DNA of 64,000 bases, taken from the NCBI GenBank assembly GCA_964489065.1, contig CAZAXH010000008.1, forward strand, positions 64,130 to 128,129. The letters are read 5' to 3'. A program made the position numbers and the translations under genes. Positions 46,007-53,962 of the stretch are shown here, piece by piece (the first letter of the stretch is position 1; every line of letters begins with the position of its first letter). Source of the stretch: an uncultured Planctomycetales bacterium (lineage in GTDB: Bacteria; Omnitrophota; Gorgyraeia; Zapsychrales; JANLHA01). A model generated the notes under the pieces. It saw nothing but the letters and a program-made list of their open reading frames with translations. It was not told the DNA's origin and searched no databases.

Positions 46007-47602
46007 ATGAAATTAACCATGCCCATAAAGATTCCCGAACTCCGGTTTCAACTCCAAGACATCAAATATGTCACTGGAGCGGCCGGCTGGGCCATCGGGA
46101 CCTATCTTTTCGGCTCATATCTGCTCAGCCTGCTTTATCATTGCAGCTTTCGAGAGGTCCGCATTTTCAGCCCGGACAACCTTAGTACGGCAGCGGTCCT
46201 CATGAGCTTCCTGATTTTCGGGGCCGGATTTATAATGACCTTCTTTATCCCGGGGTGGATTCTGTGCCTGCATTTCCGGCGCTTGCAAAATGATCTTCCG
46301 GGATTCCTGACAGCCGCATTTTTTTCCAGTATCGGAATTTGTATCCTGGGGAGCTCAATTTATAAAATCATGGGGGGGAGGATTTTGTGCAGGAATAATT
46401 TTCTGGGTATTATCATTTTGTTGATAATATTAGAACTCATCTCGCTATTATGGAAAAGACACCGCCGTCAAGAACAATGTCCCCCAAGAGATATTATGTT
46501 TTCACTGCCATCTCTTATGCCATATTGTGTTTTGATTCTTCTAGCCATTTTGTTCCTCCTGACTTCAGGCCGGGACCTTATTAACGGGGCTCCTGTGGCT
46601 TATCAATACGACCCCCAAACGGTTCTGGCCATTCCCCTGGGAGAGCAGTCGGATTCTCTTGAAGCTTTCGGCCTGGCGCACAGCCTCCGGACCCATCTTT
46701 TGCCGTACTGGGACCTGGAATACGCTGATAAATTCGGCTATGTTTTTACAGATACCCCGCTGTATCCTTATGTGGCTCTGTTTGCTATTTTACTTTTCGG
46801 GGAAAGCTTCGCGGCCGTATCTCTGTTGTCTGTCAGTTTTATTATTATGATATTCAGCTCTGTGCTGGCCCGGGGGTATCCGCTGCGCTCCCAGATACGC
46901 TTTGTAACCTGCGCCGGGCTCATGCTCGCCTATCTTTTTTTTCTTCTCAAAGAACCGGCTGTTTTTGTTTACATGGAACATTTTTTCCTCCTGCAGATTA
47001 TTCTGGTTTATATCTTCCTCCTTAAAAAAGACAAGGTTGTTTTTTGGCTGTTGGCCATCAGCGCGACCCTGACGAAATTTTATGGAATTTTTTTTATTCT
47101 TCTGGGGATCGGCGCTTTATTCCTGTTTTTTAAAAAAAGACAAAGGGAAGCCCGGGGCCTGCTGGCTGGATATGGACTGATCGTTGCCAGTGTGTTGGTC
47201 GGCATTCTGTTCATGGGTGTTATAACCGGGAATACCGGCACGTATATAAAATGCCTGTTCATCGAGCATCTTAACCGTCTGGATTATTTTTCCTTACTCC
47301 CCAGGATATACCCTCAGGACGTCGTGTATCGCCCGACGCCGGATTTTAACCAAAGCACCCGGTTTCTCACCTGGACGTTATTGGCGACCGCGTTCACGTT
47401 CCCGGCTTTATTTGTTTTTGGAGACGACCGGGAAGAACGGTTTTACTCGTTGATCGGTCTGATTTATTTCACCCTTGTTTTTGTCAGCACCTACAGCTTG
47501 CCCCGGTATGTGCTTCCGCTCATCCCGTTTGCGGCCATGGTCGTGAGCAGCCAGGGGGAAAGATATCTGGCCCGGAGGATAAAAAGGGAGACTTATTCAT
47601 GA
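46007..47602 (+). CDS. Polytopic integral membrane protein of unknown function (possible GT-C-like)
   Basis: It is 531 aa with at least 10 predicted hydrophobic helices. I recognise no soluble-domain motif. It is translationally coupled to the downstream rSAM gene (ATGA at 47599/47602). Confidence 0.5.
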   Translation: MKLTMPIKIPELRFQLQDIKYVTGAAGWAIGTYLFGSYLLSLLYHCSFREVRIFSPDNLSTAAVLMSFLIFGAGFIMTFFIPGWILCLHFRRLQNDLPGFLTAAFFSSIGICILGSSIYKIMGGRILCRNNFLGIIILLIILELISLLWKRHRRQEQCPPRDIMFSLPSLMPYCVLILLAILFLLTSGRDLINGAPVAYQYDPQTVLAIPLGEQSDSLEAFGLAHSLRTHLLPYWDLEYADKFGYVFTDTPLYPYVALFAILLFGESFAAVSLLSVSFIIMIFSSVLARGYPLRSQIRFVTCAGLMLAYLFFLLKEPAVFVYMEHFFLLQIILVYIFLLKKDKVVFWLLAISATLTKFYGIFFILLGIGALFLFFKKRQREARGLLAGYGLIVASVLVGILFMGVITGNTGTYIKCLFIEHLNRLDYFSLLPRIYPQDVVYRPTPDFNQSTRFLTWTLLATAFTFPALFVFGDDREERFYSLIGLIYFTLVFVSTYSLPRYVLPLIPFAAMVVSSQGERYLARRIKRETYS

Positions 47603-49071
47603 CCCCCTGTCATAATATTTTGTTAGTGCGGGTTGGGTATGCAGAGAGGAAAAAAATCGACCATCCTCTGCATCACCCGCCGCCTTTGGCCCTGAAATAC
47701 ACCCAGGCCCTGCTGGAACAAGACAGACGTTTCAAGACCCGGATTCTGGATGGCCTGATTGAGCCTATGCCGGATCAAGTGGTCGTGGCTATGATCGGGC
47801 AATGGCCGGCACACACGCTGTGCGTTGAAATCGCCTCACCGTCCAGTGAAAAGGGGCTGGCGCTATGCAAAAGCGTCCGGGAAAAGTATCCCGCCCTTTT
47901 CATTGTCGCCGTCGGCTCTGACGTCAGCGAGCGTCATCTGTTTTATGCAAACACAAACGGCCTTTTCGATGTGATCCTGAGGGGGGAGTTTGAACTGGAA
48001 TTCAGCCGCTTGATGGCCCGTGTTCAGGACAAGGGGAAAGCCGACGTTATTCAGGCGTATGGAAGCTCCGCTTTAGATCAGGAGGTGTGCCTGGTGCCCG
48101 ACCCAGGCGCCCTGCCTATCCTGGATTGGACCAGGCGTGATCTCAAGAAATATCCTTACCGCTACCCTTTGCGGCTTCCTAAAAAAATACGGCCGGGTTA
48201 TATCGCCAGTTCGCGAGGATGCCGACATGGCTGTTCCTTTTGCTCGCCGTCTGTCAGGAAAAGTTACGGGAAGAAACTCCGGCTGCGGCCGGCCAGCCAC
48301 ATCCTTCAGGAAATTGAAAGCCTGCAAAGGTTAGGGGTCAATATCATTGCATTTGAAGATGACGATTTTACGGGAGACCCCGAACACGTGCGCTCGCTCT
48401 GCGCTGAAATACGGCGCAAAAAATTAAACATCCACTGGACCTGTCACGCCCGGATTGACGAGGTGACCCCTGAATTGTTGCGCGATATGAAACAGGCCGG
48501 ATGCGTTCTCATACTATTCGGCGTTGAATCCGGTTCCGCGAAAATTATCCGTTTGCTGCACAAAAGTTCCCGGGAGCGTGACTGGAACTCCCTGGCCAGG
48601 GAAACCTTCCGGCAGGCGAGGGCCATTGGCATCGCGACCTGCGCTTTGTTTATGGTGGGGAACCCGAAGGAAACCCGGGCGGATGTGGACGAGAGCATCA
48701 AACTTGCTTTTGAATTACAGCCGGATTTTATCAAAGTACATAACTTCACCCTTTATCCCGGGTCGCAGGATTACAAACGCTATGGCGCAACTCCTGACCT
48801 GTCTGCCGCGCCGCACCATTACCTTCGGCCCATTGTGAATGTAAGCCGGTTAACAGACCAGGAATTAAAAATCCTTCAGAAGGAATTTTACAGGAACTTT
48901 TTTTTCAGGCCAGGGTACCTCTGGCCTCATATTAAGAATTATTCTCTTTTTTATCTGTTCAACTGGACTTGGAGTTTCAGGATGATCGGTGAGCTCCTTT
49001 GTTTTTTGCTCTCCCGGGAACAGCAGGGGGCAGCCGGCGCTCCGTCAACAACACCCAGCTTGTTAAAATAA
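47599..49071 (+). CDS. B12-binding (class B) radical SAM enzyme, second subfamily
   Basis: It has HHPPPLALKYTQALLE, SRGCRHGCSFC, FGVESGS and VGNPKETRAD. It is the closest paralog of 42134..43612. Confidence 0.88.
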   Translation: MTPCHNILLVRVGYAERKKIDHPLHHPPPLALKYTQALLEQDRRFKTRILDGLIEPMPDQVVVAMIGQWPAHTLCVEIASPSSEKGLALCKSVREKYPALFIVAVGSDVSERHLFYANTNGLFDVILRGEFELEFSRLMARVQDKGKADVIQAYGSSALDQEVCLVPDPGALPILDWTRRDLKKYPYRYPLRLPKKIRPGYIASSRGCRHGCSFCSPSVRKSYGKKLRLRPASHILQEIESLQRLGVNIIAFEDDDFTGDPEHVRSLCAEIRRKKLNIHWTCHARIDEVTPELLRDMKQAGCVLILFGVESGSAKIIRLLHKSSRERDWNSLARETFRQARAIGIATCALFMVGNPKETRADVDESIKLAFELQPDFIKVHNFTLYPGSQDYKRYGATPDLSAAPHHYLRPIVNVSRLTDQELKILQKEFYRNFFFRPGYLWPHIKNYSLFYLFNWTWSFRMIGELLCFLLSREQQGAAGAPSTTPSLLK

Positions 49072-49081
49072 GGATTTGAAT

Positions 49082-50962
49082 ATGCCGCCTTTTTATGGAA
49101 CCATTTCCTGGGATAAGCCGCTCACGTCAGACATCAGGCATCGCCTGAAGGCGCTCGCGCCGCACGTTCAAAATAATTCCCGGAAGGGGGCTGATGAAAA
49201 CCAGCATGTCCTGCTTGCTTCTCAAGCCCCTCACGGGGAGAGGGGGAATTACTGCGAAATTCCGGGGTGTTGTGTGCTATTTAACGGCATCCTTTATAAC
49301 GCGCAGGAACTGCTGCCGCTTTTACCGGAACACGACCGGGCTTGCGCCCAGAGATGCCAGGCCCGTTTAGTCGCCTCGCTTTTTCAAAAATTCCATCATG
49401 CCTGTTTCACCCGGTTTAATGGGGATTTTTCCCTCGCCCTTCATGACGTTTCCCAGCGAACATTTTATTTGCTCAACGGGAAACTCCAGCCCAGGAAAAT
49501 ATATTATGCCTGGCAACAGGGATATTTGTTCTTTGCCGAAAACATGGAAACCATCGTAAAGATGTCCGGCTCACTTCCGCCGTTTAACAGCCGGTTCTTG
49601 CCGAAATATTTTGCCTACGGCTTTGTCCCCAGCCCCCACACCTTGCTGGAAGGGATCCATCGCCTGCCTTCCGGGAAATTCCTGCAATTCAAACCAACCA
49701 ACCTGGCTTTAGAGACTTATTGGGACATCCAATTCAGCGAGGAGAAGATGGAGGCGGCCCCAACAGGGAAGACCAGTTATAGCCAAGAAGCCTTCCGTGT
49801 ACTGTGTGAAAGCACGCAACGACGTTTCAATGCCGGCGCCCGGATTGGCTTATTTTTAAGCGGCGGGCTTGATTCCGGTTCTTTGGCAGCCGTGCTAAAG
49901 CATATCAGCCCACAGACCCCTCTGCAGACCTTTACCGCCGTATTCAACGAACAATCCTTCAATGAAGCCTCCCGCGCCCGGACTGTCGCGTCTTTTTTTC
50001 AAACGCAGCACCATGAAATTTTGTTCACCCAGGAGAAGGCCCTGACGTTTGTGACGAACTGGATAGAACGGCTGGATGATCCGTTCTCGGATGATGACGT
50101 TATTTGCGGAGGCATCCTTTCCCCCGTGGCCGAAAAATCCGCGGAGGATATCTTTCTGGGGGACGGTCCGGACGAACTGTTCATGGGCTACCCGTCCTTC
50201 CTGGCTCATCGTATCACGGAGATCTACGAACGCGTCCCGGCCTTGGTCAGGAAATATTTTGAACGGGCCGTCAGAGTCCTGCCGGTGTCCTATCGATACT
50301 GCGCCTTTGACGCGCGGTTCAGCCAGTTTTTAAGCGGTGTCGGCTATCCTCCCGCTCTCCGTGACGCGGCCTGGTGGGGCCCGTTTCCCCCGGCTTCTCA
50401 AAAGCCGTTATACCTGGATGCGGGGTTCTCTTTGGACGCCACGGATGTTTTTCAAGACGTCTTGACCGCACAGGACCGGGCTCGGGCCCAAACATTTGTG
50501 AATCAGGTTTTAACGGCTTATATTAAAATTTTAAGTGAACGCTGGCTCATGAAACTCAACGCCGTAAGCCTTGACACGCCCCTGCGGTTTAAAATGCCGT
50601 ACCTGGACGACGACTTTATGGCCTTTGTCAACAGGATCCCCTGGCAATACAAATTAAAGCCGAAATACATTTTAAGACAAGCAATAAGCCCTTATCTTCC
50701 TCAACGTATCGTCCAGGGGACCAAACGGCCGTTCTTTGTCCCCCTGGCACTCTGGATTAAAAATGGTTTTAAAGGACTGATCAGCGGCATTTTAACCCCG
50801 GAGAACCTTCAGCAGACAGGGTTGAATCATCCTACGGTTTTAAAGATGTGTGACGAACATTTTTCCGGGCACAGGAACTACGCCAGGCAAATATGGAATA
50901 TATTTATATTGACCGCCTGGCACCGGAGGATCCGAAGGATAGGGCAGGGCTTAAATCTTTAG
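49082..50962 (+). CDS. Asparagine synthetase B-like ATP-dependent amidoligase lacking the N-terminal Cys nucleophile
   Basis: It has the PP-loop LFLSGGLDSGSLAAV. The N-terminus reads MPPFYGTISW instead of MCG(I/V). The ATG at 49082 follows TAAGGA with a 7-nt spacer; the track TTG start at 49076 is less likely. Confidence 0.8.
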   Translation: MPPFYGTISWDKPLTSDIRHRLKALAPHVQNNSRKGADENQHVLLASQAPHGERGNYCEIPGCCVLFNGILYNAQELLPLLPEHDRACAQRCQARLVASLFQKFHHACFTRFNGDFSLALHDVSQRTFYLLNGKLQPRKIYYAWQQGYLFFAENMETIVKMSGSLPPFNSRFLPKYFAYGFVPSPHTLLEGIHRLPSGKFLQFKPTNLALETYWDIQFSEEKMEAAPTGKTSYSQEAFRVLCESTQRRFNAGARIGLFLSGGLDSGSLAAVLKHISPQTPLQTFTAVFNEQSFNEASRARTVASFFQTQHHEILFTQEKALTFVTNWIERLDDPFSDDDVICGGILSPVAEKSAEDIFLGDGPDELFMGYPSFLAHRITEIYERVPALVRKYFERAVRVLPVSYRYCAFDARFSQFLSGVGYPPALRDAAWWGPFPPASQKPLYLDAGFSLDATDVFQDVLTAQDRARAQTFVNQVLTAYIKILSERWLMKLNAVSLDTPLRFKMPYLDDDFMAFVNRIPWQYKLKPKYILRQAISPYLPQRIVQGTKRPFFVPLALWIKNGFKGLISGILTPENLQQTGLNHPTVLKMCDEHFSGHRNYARQIWNIFILTAWHRRIRRIGQGLNL

Positions 50963-51804
50963 TCGTATTGATAAATAATCTGCATTAAATCATACAAATT
51001 AAGCGCGATGCCTTTCTGATACCACGAGTCGGGGATATGTAATGCACTTCCTTTGGCCACAAAATCAATAAAATACTGGCCAATATAACCGATAGACCTA
51101 AAACGCGTGAAATGTGCGAAGCCCAGTTCCTTTAATCCATGCTCCCCCGCAACCTTCCTGAGCGTGCCGCGGGAAAAAAATGAAAAATGATATTTGTTAA
51201 TGTAATGCCAATTTCCCCCGCACAGACGCGCGAAGAAACTGTCCGCATTAGGCGTGCAGACATAGACCACAGCCCCTCGATCCAGCACCAAGCCGAGATC
51301 GTGGAAGAAAATCCGGGGGGCCCTGACATGTTCCAGCACGTCCGAAATAATGACCGCGTCATATCTGGCCTGCGGAGCGGAAGCCCCGGGCAACCCTTTA
51401 ATGTCTGTTAAGAAGAAAAATGGCTCCCGGGAAAGATACCGGTTATATAAAGCCGCGGAAGGTTCAATCCCGTAAGCGTCAACCGAGTTCCGGCGAAGAT
51501 AGCGCACGAGTTTCCCCGTGCCCGTGCCGATATCCAAGACGCGCAATCCCTTTAAAGGTTTAAACCGTTCGATCCATGCCAGCATCCTTGCGAAATTCAC
51601 TGCGTCTTCAGGGGAATCTTCTAAATAATGGATATACGCAGGCTCATATTCTTCCAGGGTATTATGATCCAGATTAGGGTTCTGCGTCTGCCCGGAAAAC
51701 AGGAAACCGCACGACAGACAGCGGAAATAGGGGACGGCATTTTTCTTAAAAACTTCTTTTATATGTTCTGTGGAGCATAAGGGACATTGGCTTATCATAT
51801 CCAT
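50959..51804 (-). CDS. Class I SAM methyltransferase with an N-terminal zinc ribbon
   Basis: It has CPLCS-x17-CLSCGF followed by VLDIGTGTGKLVRYL and DAVIISDVLEHV. The preferred start is MDMISQ (ATG at 51804); the track TTG start at 51837 is possible. It overlaps the convergent AsnB-like stop by 4 nt. Confidence 0.8.
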   Translation of the reverse strand: MDMISQCPLCSTEHIKEVFKKNAVPYFRCLSCGFLFSGQTQNPNLDHNTLEEYEPAYIHYLEDSPEDAVNFARMLAWIERFKPLKGLRVLDIGTGTGKLVRYLRRNSVDAYGIEPSAALYNRYLSREPFFFLTDIKGLPGASAPQARYDAVIISDVLEHVRAPRIFFHDLGLVLDRGAVVYVCTPNADSFFARLCGGNWHYINKYHFSFFSRGTLRKVAGEHGLKELGFAHFTRFRSIGYIGQYFIDFVAKGSALHIPDSWYQKGIALNLYDLMQIIYQYD

Positions 51805-51935
51805 CCGCCTCTCGAGAATAATGGTCTTGCGTATCAAGTATACTATACAATAATTAAGTTTAAATGAAAGGAGAATAATCCTTATCTCCTTTTTCAGAAA
51901 CCGGCAAGAAATTCAAGGAATCAAAGTCATAAACC

Positions 51936-51977
51936 CCAGAGCAAGCTCTGGACTCAATTAACCGCAGCAAGCTGCGG
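51936..51977. repeat. Pair of related 16-nt hairpin/palindromic elements
   Basis: The two elements are CCAGAGCAAGCTCTGG (51936-51951) and CCGCAGCAAGCTGCGG (51962-51977). They share the frame CC-NN-AGCAAGCT-NN-GG, and the NN changes are compensatory. Their centres are 26 nt apart, in a divergent intergenic region. Confidence 0.5.
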
Positions 51978-52045
51978 GGTATGAAACCAAGATCTTTCGA
52001 CTCCTTCGCTCTAGCTCACTCGCCTCAAGGATCAATTCGTATTTC

Positions 52046-52076
52046 TAGTTTACACTCCCTGGGGTCGTGTAAACTA
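52046..52076. promoter_or_regulatory. Perfect 10-bp inverted repeat (candidate operator) upstream of the ABC-2 exporter
   Basis: TAGTTTACAC-(11 nt)-GTGTAAACTA. The left arm contains a -35-like TTTACA. The repeat lies about 50 nt upstream of the ABC ATPase start. Confidence 0.4.
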
Positions 52077-52123
52077 AATACTCATTGAATAAATTTTTGG
52101 GAAAGAGAGGAAATGATGTTAGA

Positions 52124-52969
52124 ATGGATTCCATCATGCCTGACGTGTGTTTCCAAGACCCATATTTTATGAACACAAAAGCCATCAGCGTTTCAAAGTT
52201 ATCAAAATGTTTCAACGGCGTCCGCGCGGTTGACGGGATTTCTTTTGAAGTCGAGGAAGCCGAACTGTTTGGCTTCCTGGGGCCTAACGGCGCAGGGAAA
52301 ACAACGACGATTAACATTCTTTGCGGCCTGCTGAACCCCACGGGTGGGGAGGCCCGGGTGAACGGGTTTGATGTCATGAGTTCCCCCACGGAAGTCAGGA
52401 AATCCATAGGGATTATTTTTCAGGACCCCAGCCTGGATGAACGGCTCACAGCGCACGAAAATTTGAATTTTCACGGGATGATTTACCATCTTCCCCAAAA
52501 AATCAGAAAGGCGCGCATTGATGAAGTCCTTAATATGGTGGGGTTATACAGCAAAAAACACAATGTCGTGCGCACGTTTTCCGGGGGCATGAAGCGGAGG
52601 TTGGAAATAGCCCGGGGTCTAATGCATAGACCTAAAGTCCTGTTCCTGGATGAGCCGACCATAGGGCTGGACCCGCAGACAAGACAATATATCTGGGATT
52701 ATATCTTAACCCTTTCCGAGATAGAAAAAATCACCGTATTTCTCACGACACACTATATGGACGAAGCGGAAATATGCCGGCGGGTCGCAATTATGGATCA
52801 TGGTAAAATCGTGGATATGGACACACCGGACACTTTAAAAAATAAATACCGTGTTTCTTCCCTGAATGAAGTATTTCTGCATGTAACGGGCCGGGAGATA
52901 AGGGAAGGGGAGTCCCATGGAAAAGAACACCTGGGGAGTTTCCTTCGCGCCAGGCATAAGGTGAGATAA
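52124..52969 (+). CDS. ABC transporter ATP-binding protein (ABC-2 / DrrA-like exporter subfamily)
   Basis: It has Walker A GPNGAGKTTT, the signature FSGGMKRRLEIA and Walker B LFLDEPTIGLD. The start is uncertain: the track gives TTG at 52085, I prefer ATG at 52124 (GAGAGG upstream), and ATG at 52169 also fits the family N-terminus. Confidence 0.88.
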   Translation: MDSIMPDVCFQDPYFMNTKAISVSKLSKCFNGVRAVDGISFEVEEAELFGFLGPNGAGKTTTINILCGLLNPTGGEARVNGFDVMSSPTEVRKSIGIIFQDPSLDERLTAHENLNFHGMIYHLPQKIRKARIDEVLNMVGLYSKKHNVVRTFSGGMKRRLEIARGLMHRPKVLFLDEPTIGLDPQTRQYIWDYILTLSEIEKITVFLTTHYMDEAEICRRVAIMDHGKIVDMDTPDTLKNKYRVSSLNEVFLHVTGREIREGESHGKEHLGSFLRARHKVR

Positions 52970-52972
52970 AGT

Positions 52973-53716
52973 ATGGATTTCGACGCTATATATATGATTT
53001 GGATACGGGATATTACCCGCCATTTCCGGGATCAAGTGCGGCTTTTAGGCTCTATTTCCCGCCCTGTGATGTGGCTGCTGATTATGGGCACGGGACTAAG
53101 GGCCACGTTCTATATACCGGGGGTGTCTTACTCCCATTTCATTTTTCCTGGAATTATCGCGATGAACCTTATTTTCGCAGCCATGATATCCACCATCAGT
53201 ATTATATGGGACAGGGAATTCGGTTTTCTCCGTGAAATCCTGGTGGCGCCCATACCGCGCAGTTCGATTGTTATCGGGAAAGCCTTAAGCGGCTCAACCG
53301 TCGCTTTTATTGAAGGACTGTTTGTCCTGGCCTTCGCGCCTTTTATAAAAATAAACCTTTCCGTGGCTCAGCTTCTCTTGCTTTTCCCCCTCATGTTCCT
53401 GATTGCGTTTGTATGCACCAGCCTGGGAATCGTTATCGCGGCAAGGATGACGTCTTTCGAAGGGTTCGGTGTCATATCCAATTTCATCATTATGCCGATG
53501 TTCTTCCTGAGCGGGGCCGTCTTTCCCATAGATAACCTGCCTCATTGGGTGAATTACGTGGTCCGGATGAATCCTTTAACCTATGGGGTTGACCTTCTGC
53601 GGTGGGCCAGTCTGGGGATAAAAACATTTCCACTATACATCAATTTTCTGTTTCTTCTAAGCTTTGCCACGGTCATGCTCATGATCGGGATTTTCGAATT
53701 TACTAAACGTGATTAA
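52973..53716 (+). CDS. ABC-2 type transporter permease
   Basis: It is 247 aa with 6 hydrophobic helices and the family-typical N-terminus (IWIRDITRHFRDQVRLLGSISRPVMWLLI). It lies immediately downstream of the ATPase. Confidence 0.85.
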   Translation: MDFDAIYMIWIRDITRHFRDQVRLLGSISRPVMWLLIMGTGLRATFYIPGVSYSHFIFPGIIAMNLIFAAMISTISIIWDREFGFLREILVAPIPRSSIVIGKALSGSTVAFIEGLFVLAFAPFIKINLSVAQLLLLFPLMFLIAFVCTSLGIVIAARMTSFEGFGVISNFIIMPMFFLSGAVFPIDNLPHWVNYVVRMNPLTYGVDLLRWASLGIKTFPLYINFLFLLSFATVMLMIGIFEFTKRD

Positions 53717-53962
53717 ACAAAAAATATACAAGCTTGGATCCAGATACACCGGGTGTTAAAATCAAACATTATCTACCGCTATGGCCCTGCGCTGAAGGCG
53801 ATGACTTTTACGTGATGCGGGGGTTGAGACCGTTTCTGGAGAACCACCACCGATTTGAATAAACCATGGATGGCGGCCAGCAATAAAAGAAATAAAAAAC
53901 AAGCTCTTCCTTTTTGAAAGAAGGGGGGCTTAACCTGTCCTTCATTTGTTAGTCAATGTCTT

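Noticed and set aside
6025-51837. I considered reading the whole rSAM cluster as a RiPP (ribosomal peptide) maturation locus.
   Set aside because: SPASM and class-B rSAMs occur in RiPP pathways. Here, however, I found no convincing precursor gene (only the weak 33-aa sORF at 6268) and no leader peptidase. I also found no RiPP recognition-element protein and no dedicated peptide exporter inside the cluster. The GT2/flippase/GT-C genes and the hydrophobic enzyme tails fit a lipid or glycan substrate better. The RiPP reading stays open only as a low-probability alternative.
6025-51837. I considered whether the cluster is a horizontally acquired genomic island or mobile element.
   Set aside because: AT-rich boundaries exist at 6025-6365 and 37675-37978. 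However, I see no integrase, transposase, tRNA target, direct repeats or phage/conjugation genes. By eye, codon style inside and outside the cluster looks similar.
53730-53741. AAGCTTGGATCC (adjacent HindIII and BamHI sites) lies in the gap upstream of the RND gene and is reminiscent of a cloning polylinker.
   Set aside because: It is a single 12-mer with no flanking vector-like sequence (no other MCS sites, primer sites or lacZ/T7 elements). It is most simply a chance occurrence. It is noted only in case the assembly is screened for vector contamination.
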